Below, piece by piece: positions 18,376-25,018 of a stretch of 25,018 nt of DNA. The notes under the pieces were generated by a model, which saw nothing but the letters and a program-made list of their open reading frames with translations, made no database searches and had not been told where the DNA came from. Each line of letters starts with the position of its first letter. The stretch's first letter is position 1. The stretch comes from Nitrospira japonica (GTDB taxonomy: Bacteria; Nitrospirota; Thermodesulfovibrionia; Thermodesulfovibrionales; SM23-35), in the NCBI GenBank assembly GCA_020725385.1, contig DYFC01000056.1, forward strand, positions 1 through 25,018, written 5' to 3'. The translations under genes were made by a program, and so were the position numbers.

Positions 18376-19664
18376 TGGAAGAATTACTTCAAATTGCTCA
18401 AAGAAAAGGTTGTAAAGCAGAAGTCTTTTTTTCAGAAGGACATTCGGATATTGTTTCATTTGAAGATTCTAAGCTTAAAAATATAGACAGTAAAATTCTA
18501 TCCGGCGTCGGTCTTAGAATAATAAAAGATAACAAACAAGGTTTTGCTTATACGAGGAATCTTCTCGATAAAGAAGAACTTGTCAATAATGCTCTTGAAT
18601 CTTTAAAAGGAGGAGTGGATGGTCTTTTTGATTTTCCTTTAACCTGTAATTTGAAAGTTCTTGATACTTATTCTCCTGAAATAGAACAAATATCAAATAA
18701 TCTGTTAGTTGAAGAATGCAAACGAATATGCGATATTATTTTACAGAAGGTAACCTGTCAGATAAATATCACAGCTCAGAAAACCATAAGTTCGCTAAGG
18801 CTTATAAATACTCATGGGACAGATCTTTTTTTGCAATCTTCTTCCTATGCTTTAAGCACAGAAATGCTTTATCCCTATACATCAGCTTCATTATATCGTG
18901 TTATAACAGGAAAATCTTTTAAAAAAGCAGATGATGAATACATAGATTTTCTCTCGAATAATTATAAATTATCTTTAAATGAAGTAAAAGCCAGAAGCGG
19001 AAAAATGAAGGTTCTTTTTCTTCCTGAGACATTATATGTTCTTTTATGGAGACTGCAGACCGCTGCAAGCAGTAGCAGTTTATATCAAAACATAAGCCCG
19101 TTAGCAGGCAAGATAGGTGAAAAAGTATTTGATGAAAAATTCTCGGTTTTCAATGATCCCTTAAATGATTCTCTTCCCGGTGCAAGGGCTTTTGATGATG
19201 AAGGAGTCCAATGCAGGCAGTTTCCGATTGTTGAAGAAGGCATTTTTAAGAATTTTTATTATGATTTGTATTTCGCTGAAAAATTAAAAACCGATTCTAC
19301 AGGCAATGGATTCAGGGGAGGTATTTCATCAAAACCCGCTCCTTCGTTAAAGCATATATATGTTAAGCCTGGAGATAAAACTTTCTCTGAAATTATAGCT
19401 TCAATTGATGAAGGTATTATAGTTGGTGGAGCATTAGGAGCTCATAGTGGAAATATACCAAATGGTGATTTCTCAATAGGAATATCACCTGCAATTTATA
19501 TAAAAGATGGTATAATTATTGGCAATGTTAAAGATGCGATGGCAGCAGGCAATATATATGAAACTCTTAATAATATAATTGCTATCGAAAATAAAACATA
19601 TCTTTCTCATGGAGGAAATTGTCCTTCAATTTTATTTAATGACATTAATGTAATAATCAAGTAA
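18375..19664 (+). CDS. tldE: TldE/PmbA partner subunit
   Basis: GLRII, FDDEG, STGNGFR, GDFS, AGNIY motifs with no HExxxH; TAATG overlap with the tldD stop codon. Confidence 0.88.
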   Translation: MEELLQIAQRKGCKAEVFFSEGHSDIVSFEDSKLKNIDSKILSGVGLRIIKDNKQGFAYTRNLLDKEELVNNALESLKGGVDGLFDFPLTCNLKVLDTYSPEIEQISNNLLVEECKRICDIILQKVTCQINITAQKTISSLRLINTHGTDLFLQSSSYALSTEMLYPYTSASLYRVITGKSFKKADDEYIDFLSNNYKLSLNEVKARSGKMKVLFLPETLYVLLWRLQTAASSSSLYQNISPLAGKIGEKVFDEKFSVFNDPLNDSLPGARAFDDEGVQCRQFPIVEEGIFKNFYYDLYFAEKLKTDSTGNGFRGGISSKPAPSLKHIYVKPGDKTFSEIIASIDEGIIVGGALGAHSGNIPNGDFSIGISPAIYIKDGIIIGNVKDAMAAGNIYETLNNIIAIENKTYLSHGGNCPSILFNDINVIIK

Positions 19665-19674
19665 AGGAGAAAAA

Positions 19675-20115
19675 ATGGTATCAAAAATTCTTGTACCAAC
19701 AGATGGTTCAAAACAAGCTCTCAGGTCTTTAAAGTATGCAATCGAACTTGCGGAACAATTAAAAGCAGAAATAATTCTACTAAGTGTTATTGATAAGTCT
19801 TCATTAATACCACAGACTATCTCGACTTCCCCGAATATAATCGAACCGATTGAAGATTTTCTAAAGGACGCTGCTAAAGTTTATTTAGATGAGGGTGAAA
19901 AACTTTGCAAAAAAAGCGGAATCCCTGTTAAGACTGTAATAAGAACAGGCCGGCCGGTGGATGAGATTATAAAAGAAGCAGAAAAATCTTCAGTTGATAT
20001 GATTGTTATAGGTTCACACGGAAGAAGTGCTGTAAAAGCTGTTATTCTTGGAAGTGTTGCTTTTGGAGTGATAAATAAAGAAACAAAAATACCGGTTCTT
20101 GTAGTAAGAAGGTAA
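19675..20115 (+). CDS. Universal stress protein (UspA family)
   Basis: KILVPTDGS, DMIVIGSHGRS..LGSVA, PVLVVR. Confidence 0.95.
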   Translation: MVSKILVPTDGSKQALRSLKYAIELAEQLKAEIILLSVIDKSSLIPQTISTSPNIIEPIEDFLKDAAKVYLDEGEKLCKKSGIPVKTVIRTGRPVDEIIKEAEKSSVDMIVIGSHGRSAVKAVILGSVAFGVINKETKIPVLVVRR

Positions 20116-20185
20116 ACAGGTGTATTATATTATTTTGCGCTCGAAAAAATAAAATTAAATTTAAGTTGTTTAATAATGTTTATAA

Positions 20186-21223
<1,038 letters not shown>

Positions 21224-21228
21224 AAAAC

Positions 21229-21903
21229 TTGAAGATCGCACCTGAAGGTTATCCTTTTATATTTGTATCGCTGACAGCTGCAATACTGTCAGCGATAGCT
21301 CTTTTCTATTTTCATAAAATAACAGATAAAACTTATCTCGGTTATTTTTTGATTGTTATAACTATAATTAGTTTTATAACAAGTCTTTTTATGTTCTATT
21401 TTTTCAGAGACCCTGACCGTAATATTCCAGTTGGTGAAGGGCTATTTGTTTCTCCTGCTGATGGGAAAATAATATTAATCAAAGATGTATATGAAAAGGA
21501 ATTTCTGAGATCAAATGTTAAAGAAATAAGCATATTCATGTCACCTCTTAATGTACATGTAAACCGCACTCCATGTGATGGAAAGGTAATTGAGGTTAAA
21601 TACTCTCCCGGCAAATATATGGCTGCTTATAAAGATGAAGCATCTTTAAAAAATGAAAATATAGCTATGCTTCTTGAAGGAAATTATGGAAGAATTCTGG
21701 TAAGGCAGGTAGCTGGATTTATTGCAAGAAGAGCAGTATGCCGTGTTAAACCGGGGGATATACTAAATAGAGGGGAACGCTATGGTATTATTAAATTCAG
21801 TTCCCGTCTCGATGTTTTTCTGCCGGAAGATGCTGAAATAAAAGTCAAAATAGGTGACACTGTAAAAGCAGGAGAAACAGTTATTGCAAAAATTAAAGAA
21901 TAA
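21229..21903 (+). CDS. psd: Phosphatidylserine decarboxylase proenzyme (short type)
   Basis: TTG start; FFRDPDR, SPADGK, IFMSPLNVHVNR, QVAG.IARR, YGIIKFSSRLD. Confidence 0.93.
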   Translation: MKIAPEGYPFIFVSLTAAILSAIALFYFHKITDKTYLGYFLIVITIISFITSLFMFYFFRDPDRNIPVGEGLFVSPADGKIILIKDVYEKEFLRSNVKEISIFMSPLNVHVNRTPCDGKVIEVKYSPGKYMAAYKDEASLKNENIAMLLEGNYGRILVRQVAGFIARRAVCRVKPGDILNRGERYGIIKFSSRLDVFLPEDAEIKVKIGDTVKAGETVIAKIKE

Positions 21904-21907
21904 TTAT

Positions 21908-23428
21908 TTATCCTTTCAATTTTTCATAAATTTCTTCAAATTGAGTTGCCCTTTCTTTAAATGCCCGTAAAATATTTGGATCAAAGTGTTCAGGCATTGT
22001 TCTTCCATCTCCCTCTGTAATAATTTTATAGGCGGTTTGATGATCAAATGCAGGTTTGTAAACCCTTGCATTTCTTAATGCGTCGTATTGATCTGCAATA
22101 TTAACAATTCTGCCAGGCAATGGTATTTGTTCTCCCTTTAAGCCATAAGGATAACCACCACCATCCCAGCGTTCATGATGTGATATTGCTATTTCTTTTG
22201 CCATTGTTAGTCTTATATGATCACCAAGTATTATTGAACCATATTCTGTGTGTTTTTTCATTTCATTATATTCTTCGTTTGTTAATTTGCCGGGTTTTTT
22301 TAGAATCAAAGGGTTAATATGAATTTTGCCAACATCATGCATCTGAGCCTGAATGCGAATTAAATTGTTAAAATTTTCTGGCATCCCGAGTTGATTTGAT
22401 ATAATTGATGAATACTCACCAACTCTTATAATGTGATTGCCGGTATCCTCATCATTTGCTTCAGATGCTCTTGCAAGTGCATGAACAGTATATGAAAAAG
22501 CCTCTTCAATTTCTTTTACCTGATTTGAAAGAGATTTTAAAAACAATCCCTGTAAAACAATGCTGTTAAGCACAGCAGTGTCATGATAGCTTACATTACG
22601 ATTGTAATCTATTGCAAATATACATAATGTATTACTTATATAACATACAATATTGGAAGCTTCAATATTAAGTTGTTGAATTCTTTCAACAAATGGAAGT
22701 AATTCACTTTTATTAATCTCTTCTTTATTATAATATTTTAAAGTCGGGATAATATCATTGCTGGAGATTAAATCATTATGTAAGTCAAGATTTAATGGTA
22801 ACCTGATAATTCCTTTAACTCCATATTCATATTGGTACCATTCCCATGTGTTTCTTTCTACGAGGATTCCTACTATTATTGTTTTTGGTTTTGTATCGTT
22901 TGCGTCTCCTTTTCTAATACTATTTTCGACTATTTTATCTATAAAAGAAAAAAAATCATAGTTTAAAGGATTAAATGAAGTTACTAATTGCTCTCCAATT
23001 GAAGTCAAATAATTAATGCTGTTATAAGCATAACGCAGCTTGTCATTAAGTTCTTTCATCTTAAGTAGCATTTTTATTCTCGCGAGAACTTCTAATTGTT
23101 CGAATGGTTTTGATATGAAATCATCTGCTCCTGCCTCAATTCCCTTAATGCGATCTTCTTTAGAATGTAATGCAGTGAGCATAATTACAGGAATATGTCT
23201 ATAAACTTCGTCTTCTTTTAATATTTTGCAAACTTCAAAGCCATTCATTCCGGGCATCATAACATCAAGTAAAATCAGGTCAATATCATCTGAGATTTTT
23301 CCGAGAGCTTCTTTTCCATTCATGGCTTTGATTACTTCATAACCATTGGCTGTAAGCAAAGCTTCGAGTAATTTTAAATTTAAAGCTTCATCGTCAACAC
23401 ATAAAATCTTTGGTTTACCAATTGTCAT
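21908..23428 (-). CDS. Response regulator with HD-GYP (c-di-GMP phosphodiesterase) output domain
   Basis: Receiver motifs [20 protein letters not shown]; ~170-aa central region; HD-GYP motifs [28 protein letters not shown]...R.YK. Confidence 0.93.
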   Translation of the reverse strand: MTIGKPKILCVDDEALNLKLLEALLTANGYEVIKAMNGKEALGKISDDIDLILLDVMMPGMNGFEVCKILKEDEVYRHIPVIMLTALHSKEDRIKGIEAGADDFISKPFEQLEVLARIKMLLKMKELNDKLRYAYNSINYLTSIGEQLVTSFNPLNYDFFSFIDKIVENSIRKGDANDTKPKTIIVGILVERNTWEWYQYEYGVKGIIRLPLNLDLHNDLISSNDIIPTLKYYNKEEINKSELLPFVERIQQLNIEASNIVCYISNTLCIFAIDYNRNVSYHDTAVLNSIVLQGLFLKSLSNQVKEIEEAFSYTVHALARASEANDEDTGNHIIRVGEYSSIISNQLGMPENFNNLIRIQAQMHDVGKIHINPLILKKPGKLTNEEYNEMKKHTEYGSIILGDHIRLTMAKEIAISHHERWDGGGYPYGLKGEQIPLPGRIVNIADQYDALRNARVYKPAFDHQTAYKIITEGDGRTMPEHFDPNILRAFKERATQFEEIYEKLKG

Positions 23429-23449
23429 AAAATCCCTCCGTTTATTTCT

Positions 23450-23719
23450 CGTATTGTCAAAAGTTAACCACAGAGAACAGTGAGAAAATATTACATATCA
23501 ACATGTTATGAAAAATTTTAGCTCCTCCCCCCTGTACATTCTATTTCCCGTCATTCCCCGATTTAATCGGGGAATCCAGTTCCTTTTTCCTGGATTGTCC
23601 GATCAAGTCGGACAATGACGTGAGAAAAGGAAATTCTTTCTGAAGATACAGGGTACCACTCTGTGCACTCTGTGGTTTCATATTTGCCTCTCTTCTTTCA
23701 TGAAACTTTTGACATTACC
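23450..23719. mobile_element. Non-autonomous MITE-like element (270 bp) with 16-bp terminal inverted repeats and an 8-9 bp target-site duplication
   Basis: Left end cgtattgtcaaaagtt (23450-23465) versus the reverse complement of the right end ggtaatgtcaaaagtt (23704-23719), 14/16 identical; flanked by ttatttct at 23442-23449 and 23720-23727. Confidence 0.8.
23550..23619. repeat. Inverted doublet of 30-bp REP-like palindromes
   Basis: gtcattccccgatttaatcggggaatccag (23550-23579) and ctggattgtccgatcaagtcggacaatgac (23590-23619), in inverted orientation with a 10-bp spacer. Confidence 0.88.
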
Positions 23720-23806
23720 TTATTTCTCAATTAATCAGTTTTTTTCTATTTCTTATCTTTTCAATTTCTAACTTCTCAAAGTGTAAAGTACACAACTATC
23801 AAATCT

Positions 23807-23835
23807 TTGAAAACAAAGTATGGCATTGATAAAAT
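23807..23835 (+). promoter_or_regulatory. Sigma70-type promoter giving a likely leaderless transcript of the DUF1640-like gene
   Basis: TTGAAA (23807-23812), 17-bp spacer ending in TGA, TAAAAT (23830-23835), then 5 nt to ATG 23841; no Shine-Dalgarno sequence. Confidence 0.6.
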
Positions 23836-23840
23836 AAACC

Positions 23841-24092
23841 ATGCCATCAGCAATAGATACACTTAATGTATATGAAAGACTCAGAGCAGCAGATATATCT
23901 GATAAAGCTGCTAAAGAAATTGCAGCGGTCATTAAAGAAACGATCGAAGAAAAACTTATTACAAAAGAGTATCTTGATCTGCGGTTAGCAGAATTAAAGT
24001 CCGAAATCACTACAAACATCATAAAATGGGCTGCTGGCATGCTTATTGCATAGGCAGCCGTTATTGCAGCATTATTGAAACTTCTCCAATAA
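23841..24092 (+). pseudogene. DUF1640/CCDC90-like small coiled-coil membrane protein with an in-frame premature TAG
   Basis: IDTL.VYERL..A.I....A..IA, L.TK..LD..L.ELK..IIKW..GML pattern. After TAG at 24051-24053 the frame continues AAVIAALLKLLQ to TAA at 24090-24092, completing the hydrophobic tail. Confidence 0.7.
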
Positions 24093-24152
24093 TTTATCAG
24101 TCCCAGCTGTTTTCTATTAAACAATTTCATCTTATTTGTCACTCGTACTTTT

Positions 24153-24536
24153 TTAGTATTCATCTTTAACATCAAGTATCCTCTTAATAATTTTCGGCAA
24201 CTCACGTGTATTAATTGGTTTTGTTATGTAATCATCTGCTCCTGCTTGTAATATCTTTTCTTTGTCACCAACCATAGCAAAAGAAGTTATAGCAACAATC
24301 TTTATTTGTCTTGTATTGGGATCGTTTTTCAGTATTTTTATTGCCTCATAACCGTTCATAACAGGCATTTGAATATCCATTAATATTACATCAGGCGTAT
24401 GAGCTTTAGCTGCATCTATTCCTTCTTTCCCATCTGTAGCTTCAACAATACTGTAACCGTAGAATTTTAAAATATCTTTCATAAGCTTCCGATTTGCTTC
24501 ATTATCTTCAACAATAAGGATTTTTTTAGCCATCAC
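24153..24536 (-). CDS. Single-domain response regulator (CheY/DivK-like)
   Basis: KILIVEDN, ILMDIQMP, AITSFAM.GD, GADDYITKP; AAGGAG ribosome binding site; GTG or ATG start. Confidence 0.95.
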   Translation of the reverse strand: MMAKKILIVEDNEANRKLMKDILKFYGYSIVEATDGKEGIDAAKAHTPDVILMDIQMPVMNGYEAIKILKNDPNTRQIKIVAITSFAMVGDKEKILQAGADDYITKPINTRELPKIIKRILDVKDEY

Positions 24537-24546
24537 AAACTCCTTT

Positions 24547-24867
24547 CAGACTAAAGACCATAGACCTTCTTTAAGTTTTCTGTCTTCAGTCTATAGTGAA
24601 CCTCCTCGCAATGTAGAGAAAATTTAAATAATCCTTTTTATGCTGACGTGCTGACGGCTTGAACCTTCAACGATATTTATCGGAACAGATAAAGAAGCTC
24701 TTTTAAGTTGAGACGTCAAGCCATATAATTCTTCTTTTGGAAAATCTCTTGTTGTTTTATAAACTTCTACTACTAAATTATCTGCCAACTGAAATGCCTT
24801 TATTTTCCTGTAATTCCTCATATTCTTCTTTTCAGTCTTTTGTCTCTGGTCTGTTGTCTGTAGTCTG
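24547..24867 (-). mobile_element. Four-helix-bundle gene cassette bounded by inverted heptamer arrays
   Basis: 20-bp imperfect terminal inverted repeats (24547-24566 and 24848-24867, 17/20 match) built from 7-mers with an AGAC core; TTT directly repeated at 24544-24546 and 24868-24870. Confidence 0.7.
24594..24821 (-). pseudogene. Four helix bundle protein (23S rRNA intervening-sequence protein / Avd-like family), frameshifted and truncated
   Basis: VY..T..FP.EELYGLTSQLKRASLSVPINIVEG family signature. An 8-bp tandem duplication (24641-24656) shifts the frame; the original frame would continue HKKDYLNFLYIAR then GSL, after which the gene is lost. Confidence 0.85.
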
Positions 24868-25018
24868 TTTCACTGGTATTGCAAAACTAAACTTACTTCC
24901 TTTCCCATGTTCACTTTCAACCCATATCTTTCCGCCATGCAACTCAACAAATTTTTTTGTCAAAGCAAGACCAAGACCTGTGCCCTCATACTTTTTTTCA
25001 TAAGGACCTTCTATCTGT
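24832..25018 (-). CDS. Sensor histidine kinase, C-terminal HATPase_c fragment (runs off the window edge; not in the ORF track)
   Basis: Manual translation from 25017: [61 protein letters not shown], containing the G2 box GTGLGL. Confidence 0.93.
   Translation of the reverse strand, partial: QIEGPYEKKYEGTGLGLALTKKFVELHGGKIWVESEHGKGSKFSFAIPVKQTTDNRPETKD

Noticed and set aside
24051-24053. Genome-wide TAG recoding
   Set aside because: queE and alaS end at TAG at their expected lengths, and no other gene shows an internal TAG.
23768-24205. 145-aa minus-strand ORF
   Set aside because: Antisense to the DUF1640-like gene, which has family motifs and a promoter, and overlaps the receiver gene out of frame.
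24737-25003. 88-aa plus-strand ORF
   Set aside because: Antisense to the histidine kinase tail and the four-helix-bundle pseudogene.

Overview
AT-rich bacterial chromosomal window. Gene order (recA-pilT-recX-alaS, ilvC-psd) and protein style suggest Nitrospirota/Thermodesulfovibrionia or a Desulfobacterota-like anaerobe; this is an inference. Minus strand, in transcription order: a 1388-aa PPDK-like dikinase with a ~890-aa unknown N-terminal region and no pyruvate-binding domain, a divergent GAPDH-family protein, osmC, pgpA, thpR, recA, pilT-like, recX, a lipoprotein, alaS and a stand-alone cas6. Plus strand: queE, alpha-glucan phosphorylase, tldD, tldE, usp, ilvC, psd. The right end holds a minus-strand histidine kinase / receiver / HD-GYP signalling cluster whose intergenic gaps carry small inserted elements: a nested-palindrome MITE with terminal inverted repeats and a target duplication, a DUF1640-like gene with a premature amber stop, and a four-helix-bundle pseudogene bounded by inverted heptamer arrays whose removal restores an overlapping kinase/regulator junction. 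The best candidates for novelty are the dikinase/GAPDH-like pair, the heptamer-bounded four-helix-bundle cassette, an AlaRS with a rewritten G3:U70-recognition motif, and the nested MITE. No CRISPR array, rRNA or tRNA was seen.
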